Source: Bifidobacterium breve (GTDB lineage: Bacteria > Actinomycetota > Actinomycetes > S36-B12 > UBA5976). From it: DNA of 64,000 bases. Shown here piece after piece: positions 21,331 through 30,735 of the stretch (its first letter is position 1; each line of letters begins with the position of its first letter). Where the stretch lies: positions 24,805 through 88,804 of the forward strand of contig CAMBGF010000001.1 of the NCBI GenBank assembly GCA_945866135.1, written 5' to 3'. Under the pieces are notes generated by a model. The model saw only the letters and a program-made list of their open reading frames with translations. It had not been told where the DNA came from and made no database searches. Position numbers and translations under genes: made by a program.

Positions 21331-22998
21331 TTAGAACAGTCCGACTACTTCGCCGTTTACTAGCTTGATCGAGTTTGCGGCTGGAACCCTTGGCAATCCC
21401 GGCATTGTCATAATGTCTCCAGTCACAACAACTATGAACTCGGCGCCAGCGCTGAGACGGATTTCCCGAATCGTGATGGTGTGACCGGAAGGCGCCCCCT
21501 TGGCAGCGGGATCAGTTGAGAAAGAATATTGCGTCTTAGCCATGCAAATCGGAAAGTGGCCGTAGCCAGCATCTTCAAATACCTGGAACTGATCGATAAC
21601 ACTCTTATCTGCCACTACTTCAGCTGCGTCGTAAATTTGCGTTGCGATAGTTCCGACTTTGTCCCAAAGTGACATTGCATCTGGATAAAGCGGCTTAAAG
21701 GCAGCACTGCCACTTTCCACAAGTTCAACAACTTTCTGAGCCAGAACTTTGGTGCCCTTACTACCTTCAGCCCAGTGTGTGCAGCGAATTGCATCTACGC
21801 CCATATCTGCGCAGTACTTTTGCACGGCAGCAAATTCAGCATCAGTATCTGTCGTGAAGTTATTTACACCGACTACAACTGGAACGCCAAACTTTTGAAC
21901 GTTACGGATGTGACGACCCAGGTTTACAAGTCCTGCCTCAACAGCAGCGACATTCTCTTTACCTAAGTCATCCTTAGCAACTCCGCCATGCATTTTTAAC
22001 GCGCGAACTGTTGCAACAATTACTGCAGCTGACGGTTCAAGTCCAGCTTTACGACATTTAATGTCGAAGAACTTTTCAGCGCCAAGGTCAGCGCCGAATC
22101 CAGCTTCAGTTACTACATATTCACCGAGCTTCAAAGCTGTGTGGGTAGCAAGCACGGTATTGCAACCGTGAGCGATGTTTGCAAATGGTCCACCATGAAC
22201 AAATGCTGGATTGTTCTCAAGAGTCTGAACCAAGTTCGGCATCAGAGCATCTTTAAGTAGTACTGTCATGGCGCCATTTGCATTTAGTTGAGCGGCGGTA
22301 ATCGCAACTTTGTCACGCGTGTAACCAACAACGATGTTTCCAAGTCGGCGCTCCAGGTCGTCCAAGTCCATAGCAAGACACAAAATGGCCATAACTTCAC
22401 TCGCAACTGTAATGTCAAAGCCGGCTTCCCGCGGGTAACCATTGCCTGGGCCTCCGAGAGCAGCAGTAATCTCGCGAAGTGCACGATCATTCATATCTAT
22501 TACGCGTTTCCAAGCAATTCGGCGCACATCAATACCAAGTTCGTTACCCCAATAGATGTGGTTATCCAACATGGCAGAAAGTAAGTTATGGGCAGCGCCA
22601 ATCGCGTGGAAGTCGCCAGTGAAGTGCAAGTTGATATCTTCCATTGGCACTACCTGAGCGAAACCGCCACCGGCCGCGCCACCCTTCATGCCAAAGCAAG
22701 GTCCAAGTGATGGCTCGCGCAAACAAACAATTGCCTTTTTGCCAATTGCATTTAGCCCATCGCCCAGACCAACTGTTGTTGTGGTCTTACCTTCGCCAGC
22801 CGGGGTGGGCGTCATGGCAGTTACTAAAATTAGTTTGCCAGTTGGCCGATTTTTCAAGGATGAGATGAATTCCATGTTGATCTTGGCTTTTGTTGGACCA
22901 TAGCTCAGAACTGCATCTGCCGGAATACCGATTTTTTCTGCAACCGAAACAATTGATTCAGTTGTAGCTGCCCGAGCAATATCGATATCTGATTTCAT
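21331..22998 (-). CDS. fhs: formate-tetrahydrofolate ligase
   Basis: 555 aa with [15 protein letters not shown] and other FTHFS motifs. Its start overlaps the stop of the MttB-family gene (ATGA). Confidence 0.95.
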   Translation of the reverse strand: MKSDIDIARAATTESIVSVAEKIGIPADAVLSYGPTKAKINMEFISSLKNRPTGKLILVTAMTPTPAGEGKTTTTVGLGDGLNAIGKKAIVCLREPSLGPCFGMKGGAAGGGFAQVVPMEDINLHFTGDFHAIGAAHNLLSAMLDNHIYWGNELGIDVRRIAWKRVIDMNDRALREITAALGGPGNGYPREAGFDITVASEVMAILCLAMDLDDLERRLGNIVVGYTRDKVAITAAQLNANGAMTVLLKDALMPNLVQTLENNPAFVHGGPFANIAHGCNTVLATHTALKLGEYVVTEAGFGADLGAEKFFDIKCRKAGLEPSAAVIVATVRALKMHGGVAKDDLGKENVAAVEAGLVNLGRHIRNVQKFGVPVVVGVNNFTTDTDAEFAAVQKYCADMGVDAIRCTHWAEGSKGTKVLAQKVVELVESGSAAFKPLYPDAMSLWDKVGTIATQIYDAAEVVADKSVIDQFQVFEDAGYGHFPICMAKTQYSFSTDPAAKGAPSGHTITIREIRLSAGAEFIVVVTGDIMTMPGLPRVPAANSIKLVNGEVVGLF

Positions 22999-24434
22999 AC
23001 CAATAACTCCTTTTTACGCTTGTCTACCCACTCGTCAAGCTCTTCTTTAATGGCCGAGTCCATTTCTGGCGCAACATAGTCTTCAACCATCTTGTGCGCT
23101 ATTTTATTGGCTCTAACATCTGTTGTCTCGGATCCGATTCGCTTCCAGCGATCAAAGTTGTCTGCAGATGACAGGAACGGCCGATAGAAACAATCACGGA
23201 AACGATCCATAGTGTGAGCAGTTCCAAGAAAATGCCCACCATGTCCAGCTTCTTCGTGCGAGCCAAAGGCAAGTGATGCCTCATCAATTTCAAATGGCGT
23301 GAATTCTGCCTGCATCATCTGAAGTAATTCAACGTCCATAACAAATTTTTCATACGATGCAACTAAGCCACCTTCAAGCCAGCCAGCTGTGTGCATGACA
23401 AAGTTTGTGCCGGCAAGGAAAGTTGCATGCATTGTCATCAACGATTGGTATCCAGCTTGGGCATCCATAGTCTGCGCTGCATTCAGCGCGCCACCACCGC
23501 GAAATGGTAGTCCAAAGTGACGGGCAACTTGTCCAGTGCACAGCAGTCCCATTGCAGATTCCGGAGTACCGAACATTGGTGAGCCTGACTGCATGTCAAT
23601 GTTTGAAAGGAACGACCCAAACACTGCAGGGCAACCTGGGCGAACTAGTTGCGCAAGCGCGATGCCGCTTAAAGCTTCAGCAATTTGCTGCACCAAAGAT
23701 GCTGGAATCGTAACTGGGCTCATTGCGCCCATTAGCAAGAACGGAGTTAGCACACATGGTTGACCCGCTTCGCTGTATTCAAATAAAGAATCCAACATGC
23801 GATCATCCCAACGAAGTGGCGAGTTGCAGTTGATCAGGGAAATAATTGCAGGAGTTTTTTCGATGCTTTCACGAGACCCAAATACAATTTCGGTCATTTT
23901 GATGACATCTCTTGCGTTTGGACCAGTAACAACATTTCCCATGTATGCCTTGTCACTCAAAGTTTGTAAGGAATAGGTCATGTCAATGTGACGGGTGTCT
24001 AAATGTGCATCGTTTGGTTCAACAACAACCGCGCTTGAGACGTCTAAGTCTTCAAACATGTAGGTAAGTTTTGTAAAATTCTGAAAATCATCTAGCGTGC
24101 CATCGCGGCGCACACCCAGATCTCTAACGAATGGGGGGCCATAGACACCACCAAAAACCATATTGTCGCCACCGATGATTACGTTGTTTTTTGGATTGCG
24201 AGCTTGCAGCGTGAATTCCTTAGGGGCTTTAGCAACTTGAGCCAAGATCCACTCAGGATCAAACTTCACATTGTTGCCTTCAACTTTTTGACCCGCGGCC
24301 CGGAACATTTCCAGGGCGCGATCATGCATAAACTCGATTCCCATTTCGGAAACAATTCGGCGCCATCCCTTATCGAGGACAGCCATCGCATCCTGCGAAA
24401 GGATTTCATAACGTGGGCTCTTATTTTGGAACAT
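22995..24434 (-). CDS. MttB-superfamily (non-pyrrolysine) quaternary-amine:corrinoid methyltransferase, probably glycine-betaine specific
   Basis: 479-aa uninterrupted ORF with no in-frame TAG. Length and sequence look like the trimethylamine methyltransferase family. AGGAG RBS upstream. Substrate is inferred from context only. Confidence 0.8.
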   Translation of the reverse strand: MFQNKSPRYEILSQDAMAVLDKGWRRIVSEMGIEFMHDRALEMFRAAGQKVEGNNVKFDPEWILAQVAKAPKEFTLQARNPKNNVIIGGDNMVFGGVYGPPFVRDLGVRRDGTLDDFQNFTKLTYMFEDLDVSSAVVVEPNDAHLDTRHIDMTYSLQTLSDKAYMGNVVTGPNARDVIKMTEIVFGSRESIEKTPAIISLINCNSPLRWDDRMLDSLFEYSEAGQPCVLTPFLLMGAMSPVTIPASLVQQIAEALSGIALAQLVRPGCPAVFGSFLSNIDMQSGSPMFGTPESAMGLLCTGQVARHFGLPFRGGGALNAAQTMDAQAGYQSLMTMHATFLAGTNFVMHTAGWLEGGLVASYEKFVMDVELLQMMQAEFTPFEIDEASLAFGSHEEAGHGGHFLGTAHTMDRFRDCFYRPFLSSADNFDRWKRIGSETTDVRANKIAHKMVEDYVAPEMDSAIKEELDEWVDKRKKELLV

Positions 24435-24530
24435 TTCTGGCTCCTGCTGTGCGCGCTATCAGTTTTGATAACAAGTTGAAAAGATTCACCAAATGGACTT
24501 GACGAATACCGCACACAATACCGTACTATG

Positions 24531-24546
24531 TGGAACATAGGTTCCA
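24531..24546. promoter_or_regulatory. perfect palindrome in the divergent mttB-like / iclR-2 intergenic region (candidate IclR operator)
   Basis: TGGAAC-atag-GTTCCA. A further CTGGAA half-site sits at 24578-24583. The region is a 197-bp divergent promoter region. Confidence 0.35.
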
Positions 24547-24631
24547 GATTGTGAAACTTCCTTGAAGTCCTTGCAACCTGGAATTAGTACAAATTTAGCC
24601 CAAGTTTATAAAGCATATAGAAGGAGGCGAG

Positions 24632-25411
24632 ATGAGCGAGAAGTTTGCCTTAGATATGCAAGAAAAGCCGGTAACTGGAACGCAATCTATTGATCGCGCC
24701 TGCGACCTGCTAATTCGAGTTATTAACTCCGAAGATCCTGTGACATTGAGCGAGCTAGTCTCCACAACTGGCTTAGCTAAGGGAACTACCTCGCGAATCC
24801 TCAGCGCCCTTGAGCGCAGTGGTTTACTAGCCCGAAGTGTGATTGGCGGATTTGAATCAGGACCAGTGCTTAATCAATACGCAGTTCGCGGCGGCGCCTA
24901 CACAGCTTTGATCGGTTCCCTTACGCCAGCAATGGAGCGCATTGCCGACATAACGCACGAAACGGTCAGCTTGGCTGTAACTGGACACACTGGAATCGAC
25001 AATATTGCTCAGGTCGAGGGTTCATATCTATTAGGAAGCCGCAACTGGGTAGGCGAGAGTGTGCCATCTCATTGTTCAGCTGCCGGGAAAGTCCTAATTG
25101 CTTTTGGCGGCGCATCTGCGCCGAGCACATTGGCGCCACGAACCACTGAAACCATTACTGACTTTGCAACTTTGGATGCCCACATTCGAAAAGCGCGAGA
25201 AGTTGGCTACGCCGTAATTCGAAATGAACTTGAGCAAGGCTTGATATCAGTTGCGATTCCAGTTCTTGACGCCTCCAACAAGGCAATCGCGGCTTTGTCA
25301 GTTAGCGGACCTGCTGAGAGAATTACCCCAGGCGATGAATTACACATTGCACAACTTATGCGTAGAGAACTTAACCAAGTACAAGGCTTAAAACAAGAAG
25401 GAGCAGCATGA
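24632..25411 (+). CDS. IclR-family transcriptional regulator (regulator 2)
   Basis: 259 aa with a wHTH (SIDRACDLLIRV...LSELVSTTGLAKGTTSRIL) and an IclR effector domain. GAAGGAGG RBS upstream. It is ATGA-coupled to the corrinoid protein gene. Confidence 0.85.
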   Translation: MSEKFALDMQEKPVTGTQSIDRACDLLIRVINSEDPVTLSELVSTTGLAKGTTSRILSALERSGLLARSVIGGFESGPVLNQYAVRGGAYTALIGSLTPAMERIADITHETVSLAVTGHTGIDNIAQVEGSYLLGSRNWVGESVPSHCSAAGKVLIAFGGASAPSTLAPRTTETITDFATLDAHIRKAREVGYAVIRNELEQGLISVAIPVLDASNKAIAALSVSGPAERITPGDELHIAQLMRRELNQVQGLKQEGAA

Positions 25412-26064
25412 CTCACGATGAAATCCTGAAGGAAATGTATGAGCGCACTATGGAAGGCAATGCACCACGTGTGCTTGAGCTAACTCACATGGGCTTGGAC
25501 TCAGGACTAACACCGGACTCAATTCTTTTTGATGCTTTAATTCCTTCCCTCGAAGAAGTTGGTGCGCGCTTTGAGCGTGGCGACTATTTCGTACCTGAAA
25601 TGTTGATTGCAGGTCGCGCAATGAGTGGCGCTTTAGATGTGCTTCGCCCACTATTGGCGGATACCGGCGCCGAAACCGTCGGCACATTCCTTATGGGAAC
25701 TGTTAAGGGAGATGTTCACGACATCGGTAAGAATTTAGTTAACATCATGCTGGAAGGCGCTGGCTTTCAAGTTATTGATATCGGCGTTCAGTGCGCACCT
25801 GAAAAATTTATTGATGCAATCAAGGAACATCAACCAGATGTTGTTGGCATGTCAGCATTTCTAACCACCACGATGCCAATGTTTAAAGTCAACATCCATG
25901 AAATTACCAAAGCGGGTATGCGCGATGACGTAATAATCATGGTTGGCGGTGCACCGGTGACTCAAGAATATGCCGATGTGGTGGGGGCGGATGGTTACGC
26001 TTCTGATGCCTCGATGGCTGTCCGTAAGGCCAAGGAATTAATTGCAATTAAGCGTGGCAAGTAG
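25408..26064 (+). CDS. corrinoid (cobalamin-binding) methyl-carrier protein
   Basis: 218 aa with an N-terminal helical B12 cap domain and a Rossmann B12 domain carrying the DxHxxG ligand motif (GDVHDIGKNLV). Confidence 0.9.
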   Translation: MTHDEILKEMYERTMEGNAPRVLELTHMGLDSGLTPDSILFDALIPSLEEVGARFERGDYFVPEMLIAGRAMSGALDVLRPLLADTGAETVGTFLMGTVKGDVHDIGKNLVNIMLEGAGFQVIDIGVQCAPEKFIDAIKEHQPDVVGMSAFLTTTMPMFKVNIHEITKAGMRDDVIIMVGGAPVTQEYADVVGADGYASDASMAVRKAKELIAIKRGK

Positions 26065-26072
26065 CAAAATTC

Positions 26073-26468
26073 ATGACGACTTTTATTGCAACTATTGAAC
26101 ACGTAGTCAAAGGCCCGGTTTGGGGCTGCCAAGATTGTGGTCAATGCGTGCTGCACTCAACTGGAATGACTTGTCCAATGAACTGCCCGAAGACATTGCG
26201 CAATGGCCCTTGTGGTGGTGTGCGAGAAAATGGTCATTGCGAAGTAAATCCAGAAATGAAATGTGTTTGGCTTAAGGCTTATGACCGCACGCAAGGTTGG
26301 CCATTGCCCTTAGCTTGGAAAGAGGAATACAACCATTTACGTCCACCGGTTGATAATCGACTAAAGGGAACCTCGTCGTGGAAAAACTTTTTCACTAAGC
26401 GGGATCGCTGGACGCCAGCTGGTTGGAAGAACACCACGGATGAATCAATCGAAGTGGGTCACAACTGA
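26073..26468 (+). CDS. metV: MetV-like Cys-rich small subunit (methylene-H4F reductase C-terminal-domain protein)
   Basis: 131 aa with the Cys-rich stretch CQDCGQCVLHSTGMTCPMNCPKTLRNGPCGG. Its stop overlaps the metF start. Confidence 0.7.
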   Translation: MTTFIATIEHVVKGPVWGCQDCGQCVLHSTGMTCPMNCPKTLRNGPCGGVRENGHCEVNPEMKCVWLKAYDRTQGWPLPLAWKEEYNHLRPPVDNRLKGTSSWKNFFTKRDRWTPAGWKNTTDESIEVGHN

Positions 26469-27409
26469 TGTCAACACTTGAGCATAAATTAACTAAAACT
26501 ACCGAAACTGTATTCACTGCTGAATTTCACTCACTTGATGGAAATGGTCTAGAAAAGGCAAAGAAGTATGCCGACCGATTAAGCGGTTGGTTTGATGGCG
26601 TAAATGCCACGGATAACACGGCAGCACATGCACATGTTTCTAACGTTGCTACTGCCATAGCCATGAAACAACTTGGTCTGGAACCAATTTTGCAAGTAGT
26701 TTGCCGTGACAAGAATCGCTTAGCTCAACAAGCGGACATCATGGGCGCAAGCATGTTTGGCGTTGAAAACTTCTTGGCGCTAACTGGTGACGATGTAACG
26801 GCTGGAGATGAAACAGAAGCTCGTCGGGTATTTGATTTAGACGGACCACAGCTAGTGCGCTTAATGAGCACAATTAAGCGTGGTGAATACATGTCGGGCC
26901 GCAAAATTGATCCTGCGCCGCACATGTTCATTGGCGCTGTTGAAAATCCTGGCGCGCCGCCATTTGAATATCGCGTTCAACGGGTTGCCAAGAAATATGC
27001 CTCAGGTGCTAAGTTTCTACAACTTCAAATTTGCTACCATCAAGATCGCTTAGAAAAGTTCTGTGCTGGTGTTCGCGATGCAGGTTTAGCTGGCAAGATC
27101 GCGATAATTCCAACCATTGTTTTGATCAAAGGTGCCAGGCCATTGAATTTCATGCACAATAACGTGGCAGGAATTGATGTTCCGGCGGATCAGATTGCGC
27201 GCGTTGAAAAAGCAGCGGATCCGGCAGAAGAAGCATATTTACAAACTTTAGAATTTGCCCAACATGCTTTGGCTCAGCCAGCTGTGCGGGGTCTGCACAT
27301 AACAGACTTCAGAAATGATGAGACACTTGAACGACTAATGACAGACCTTGGCAGAGTTCGCCAATCAATTACAAGCGAAGTAAAGGACAACCATGCATAC
27401 AGTGCTTAG
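26468..27409 (+). CDS. metF: methylenetetrahydrofolate reductase (acetogen-type MetF)
   Basis: 313-aa MTHFR TIM-barrel-like sequence (VNATDNTAAHAHVS..., ALTGDD...), paired with metV. Confidence 0.8.
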   Translation: MSTLEHKLTKTTETVFTAEFHSLDGNGLEKAKKYADRLSGWFDGVNATDNTAAHAHVSNVATAIAMKQLGLEPILQVVCRDKNRLAQQADIMGASMFGVENFLALTGDDVTAGDETEARRVFDLDGPQLVRLMSTIKRGEYMSGRKIDPAPHMFIGAVENPGAPPFEYRVQRVAKKYASGAKFLQLQICYHQDRLEKFCAGVRDAGLAGKIAIIPTIVLIKGARPLNFMHNNVAGIDVPADQIARVEKAADPAEEAYLQTLEFAQHALAQPAVRGLHITDFRNDETLERLMTDLGRVRQSITSEVKDNHAYSA

Positions 27410-28247
27410 TAGCCCAACCAAGACGGTAACAATCGGTCATGATGTTCCGTTTGTAATTATTGGTGAGCGCCTAAACCCCACTGGACGCAAACTTTTCCAA
27501 GAAAAACTTCGTGCCAATGATCTTTCAACTATCAACATTGACGTAGCTGACCAAGTTGCTGGTGGCTGCGACATGCTCGATGTGAACATGGGCGTTCCAC
27601 TAACAGATGAACCAGCACTATTGGCGAACGCGATCAAACTCGTCCAGTCACTAACTGACTTACCGATTTGCATTGATTCATCGGTCATCGAAGCGCTGGA
27701 AGCAGGACTTGCCGTCTATGAAGGCAAAGCCCTAGTTAACTCAATGACTGGTGAAGATGAGCGAATGGATTTGATACTTCCGTTAGTTAAGAAATATGAC
27801 GCGGCGATTCTTGCTCTTCCTAATGATGAAATTGAAATTCCTATGCTGGCAAAAGACCGCATGGTAATTGTTGAAAAGATTGTGCGTCGGGTTGAAAAAG
27901 AAGGCATCTCGCTAGAGAACTTGCTAATTGATCCACTTGCCATGCCAGTTGGCGCAGATCCAGAAAATGCAAAGCACACACTCGAGACCATTTACTTAAT
28001 TAAAGAAAAGTATGGTCTTAACATGTCACTCGGTGCCTCAAATGTTTCCTTTGGCTTACCAAACCGGCATGCCCTAAATGGTGCTTTTATGCCGATGGCA
28101 ATGGCGATGGGTTTAACATCGGCAATTATGGATGGTCGCACTCCTGAAGTTGTACAAGCAGTGCGCGCTTCGGACCTAGTTTTGGGACTAGATCAATGGG
28201 GCGCTAATTGGATTAGTAACTTCCGAGCAAACAAAGAAGCGCAATAA
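27393..28247 (+). CDS. methyl-H4F:corrinoid methyltransferase (pterin-binding, DHPS-like)
   Basis: 284 aa with FVIIGERLNPTGRK and DMLDVNMGVP, resembling AcsE, MtgA and the MetH pterin-binding module. Confidence 0.8.
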   Translation: MHTVLSSPTKTVTIGHDVPFVIIGERLNPTGRKLFQEKLRANDLSTINIDVADQVAGGCDMLDVNMGVPLTDEPALLANAIKLVQSLTDLPICIDSSVIEALEAGLAVYEGKALVNSMTGEDERMDLILPLVKKYDAAILALPNDEIEIPMLAKDRMVIVEKIVRRVEKEGISLENLLIDPLAMPVGADPENAKHTLETIYLIKEKYGLNMSLGASNVSFGLPNRHALNGAFMPMAMAMGLTSAIMDGRTPEVVQAVRASDLVLGLDQWGANWISNFRANKEAQ

Positions 28248-28276
28248 CCGATAAGAATTAGCTGAAAGTAAAACCA

Positions 28277-30145
28277 GTGCCAGAAAACGAAAGCTCCTCG
28301 CCGCAGACGACAGTCAGTGGACTTGGTCGCGTCCAATTGCAGTTCAGTCCAAGTGGAACTGATGTTCGTGTGCCCCCTGGAGTAACTGTTTTTGACGCAG
28401 CTTCGTGGAATGGTTTAGCAATTGACTCCACATGTGGTGGCCATGGAACTTGCAAAAAATGCAAGATTCAAATTCTTGAAGGCGAAGTTCCGGTTTCTCG
28501 ACTAGACATCCGAGCCTTTAGTTCAGAACAGCTTGCAGATGGCTGGCGCTTGGCATGTGTTGCTCGCGCAAACGGAAATCTAAAAGTTGAAGTCCCGCCG
28601 CTATCCACGCGGCCAAAAGCTGCAACGGTGGGAGTAGGTCGACAGGTTATTTTGCGTCCTGCTGTGCAAAAACGATATGTCGAACTTGTTGAGCCAACTT
28701 TGCACGATCAACGTCCTGACATTGATCGACTGCGAGATGCCATGGATGATTTAGAGTTCCAAGCTGATTTATCAGTTCTAAAAACCCTGCCAACTATCTT
28801 GCGCAAAAATGATTTTAAAGTTACTGCAGTAGTCGTAGATGAGGCGCTGATTGCAGTGGAGCCAGGTGATACTTCGGCGCAGAACTACGCAATTGCCTTT
28901 GATCTTGGGACCACCACTGTCGTAGCGACTTTGCTTGATCTAATGACAGGCACTCCGCTGGCAGTTAAGTCAATGCTTAACAAGCAACAGCCATTTGGTG
29001 CCGACGTAATTTCGCGAATTTCTGCAACGATGATGGATCCACTGGCTGCTGGTCTAATGCAAAGCGCTGGACTAGCCACACTTAATGAACTTATTGCTGA
29101 AGTATGCACTGAAGCGGGCATCTCAAAAGATCAGGTTTACGAAACAGCGATTGCTGGTAACGCGACTATGGTCGAAATTTTGCTTGGCGTAGATCCAGAA
29201 CCTGTAGGCGTTGCGCCGTTTATCACTGCGGCGCAAAAGTGGCCAGTGTTTACTGCTGCTGAAGTGGGAATTGAAATACTTCCTTCCGCTCGCGTCTTTC
29301 TATTCCCAGCATTCGGTGCCTACGTTGGTGGTGACATTGTTGCGGGCGTGCTTGCTACTGGTATGGATCGCGACAAGCGAGTGCGCTTACTTATTGACGT
29401 AGGCACTAACTGCGAGATCGTGCTATCAAACGGCGACACGATTTTAACAACGGCTGCCCCAGCGGGACCAGCTTTTGAAGCCGCTTCAATTGCCTGTGGC
29501 ATGCGCGCTGCCGATGGCGCCATAGAAGTAGTGCAAGTAACTGATGAAGGTATCAAACTTGGGGTGATTGGCGATACGGAACCAGTTGGAATTTGCGGAT
29601 CAGGTCTAGTAGATGCGGTTTACGTACTTCATAAAGCAAAACTGATCGATGATTCTGGCCGCTTTGTAACTGATGAGTTAGCTCTTGAAATTGCCCCACA
29701 CTTAGCTTCGCGATTGCTCACTCGAGAAGCAGGGGATCGAATTTTTGTATTGCACTGGGACGGCGAGGAACCAACGGTTTACCTATCGCAGCGAGATGTT
29801 CGTGAACTGCAATTTGCAAAAGCTTCGATTGCAACGGGGTGGCGCCTGCTACTTGAAGAAGTTGGCTTAGTTGATGAGGATGTGCAGCAGGTGCTGCTCG
29901 CTGGATCTTTTGGATCGTATCTGTCGCCAGCATCGGCCATTGGCATCGGATTGGTTCCAAAACTTCCAGTTATGCGTATCGTCAGTGCTGGAAACGTTGC
30001 CGGCGAAGGCGCGAAGATGGTTTTGTTGTCGAGCACAGAACGAAGCGGCGCAACTACTTTGTTGGATGAAGTTGACTATGTTGAACTTTCTGATCGACCA
30101 GATTTCAACGACAAGTTTTTCTTGGAGTTGGCGCTTCCATCATGA
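28277..30145 (+). CDS. RACo-type ATP-dependent reductive activator of corrinoid proteins (2Fe-2S ferredoxin domain fused to an ASKHA domain)
   Basis: 622 aa with an N-terminal plant-type ferredoxin motif (CGGHGTCKKCK...C) and an ASKHA body (AFDLGTTTV, DVGTNCEIV). GTG start with a weak RBS. Confidence 0.75.
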   Translation: MPENESSSPQTTVSGLGRVQLQFSPSGTDVRVPPGVTVFDAASWNGLAIDSTCGGHGTCKKCKIQILEGEVPVSRLDIRAFSSEQLADGWRLACVARANGNLKVEVPPLSTRPKAATVGVGRQVILRPAVQKRYVELVEPTLHDQRPDIDRLRDAMDDLEFQADLSVLKTLPTILRKNDFKVTAVVVDEALIAVEPGDTSAQNYAIAFDLGTTTVVATLLDLMTGTPLAVKSMLNKQQPFGADVISRISATMMDPLAAGLMQSAGLATLNELIAEVCTEAGISKDQVYETAIAGNATMVEILLGVDPEPVGVAPFITAAQKWPVFTAAEVGIEILPSARVFLFPAFGAYVGGDIVAGVLATGMDRDKRVRLLIDVGTNCEIVLSNGDTILTTAAPAGPAFEAASIACGMRAADGAIEVVQVTDEGIKLGVIGDTEPVGICGSGLVDAVYVLHKAKLIDDSGRFVTDELALEIAPHLASRLLTREAGDRIFVLHWDGEEPTVYLSQRDVRELQFAKASIATGWRLLLEEVGLVDEDVQQVLLAGSFGSYLSPASAIGIGLVPKLPVMRIVSAGNVAGEGAKMVLLSSTERSGATTLLDEVDYVELSDRPDFNDKFFLELALPS

Positions 30146-30735
30146 GCATCGCAGTGATTGCATGTGGAGCACTTGCTGCCCACGTTCATGAAATAGCAGA
30201 TCGTCGAAATTTGGACTTGCATGTTGAGCCGGTCAATCCGTTACTCCACAACCGCCCTGAAGGAATTGCGCCAGAAGTTGAAAAACTAATTCTGGAATTA
30301 CAACCAATACATGATCAAGTTGCTATTGCCTACGCAGACTGTGGAACTTACGGTGCGATAGATCAACTTTGTGACAAGTACCAAGTCTCGCGCTTGTCTG
30401 GAGATCATTGCTATGACGTGTTTGCCACTGCGGAAAAAATGAAAGCTGAATTCGAAGCTGAGCCAGGTACTTATGTATTCACGGACTACCTAGTAAAGAC
30501 TTTCAGGCGCAGCGTCATGGTGGAAATGGGACTGGAAAAATACCCAGAACTTCGGGATGACTACTTTCACTCCTACAAGCGAGTGCTTTGGCTATCACAG
30601 CGCCAAACCCCTGAATTAGAGGCTGCCGCCCAAGATGCAGCGCAACTAATCGGCCTGCCACTTGAAATTATGCATGTTGGAGATGCACACTTAGAAGAGC
30701 AGCTCCTTGCTTTGATTGGATCAAAAGTTGAGTAA
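30142..30735 (+). CDS. DUF1638-like protein of unknown function
   Basis: 197 aa. The pattern VIACGALAAHV..., YADCGTYGAID, GDHCYDVF resembles DUF1638 proteins. It is coupled to RACo upstream and overlaps fdsG downstream. Confidence 0.55.
   Translation: MSIAVIACGALAAHVHEIADRRNLDLHVEPVNPLLHNRPEGIAPEVEKLILELQPIHDQVAIAYADCGTYGAIDQLCDKYQVSRLSGDHCYDVFATAEKMKAEFEAEPGTYVFTDYLVKTFRRSVMVEMGLEKYPELRDDYFHSYKRVLWLSQRQTPELEAAAQDAAQLIGLPLEIMHVGDAHLEEQLLALIGSKVE

Noticed and set aside
22995-24434. Possible in-frame amber (pyrrolysine) codon in the MttB-family gene, and possible in-frame TGA (selenocysteine) in fdsA (32730-35576)
   Set aside because: Both ORFs are uninterrupted in the track. The fdsA active-site position reads Cys (ARVCHSPT). 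No recoding is indicated.
24435-24631. Cobalamin riboswitch upstream of the corrinoid operon
   Set aside because: I could not find a B12-box-like conserved core or the expected multi-stem GC-rich structure by eye. The region looks like a divergent promoter with short palindromes. A covariance-model scan (Rfam RF00174) would settle it.
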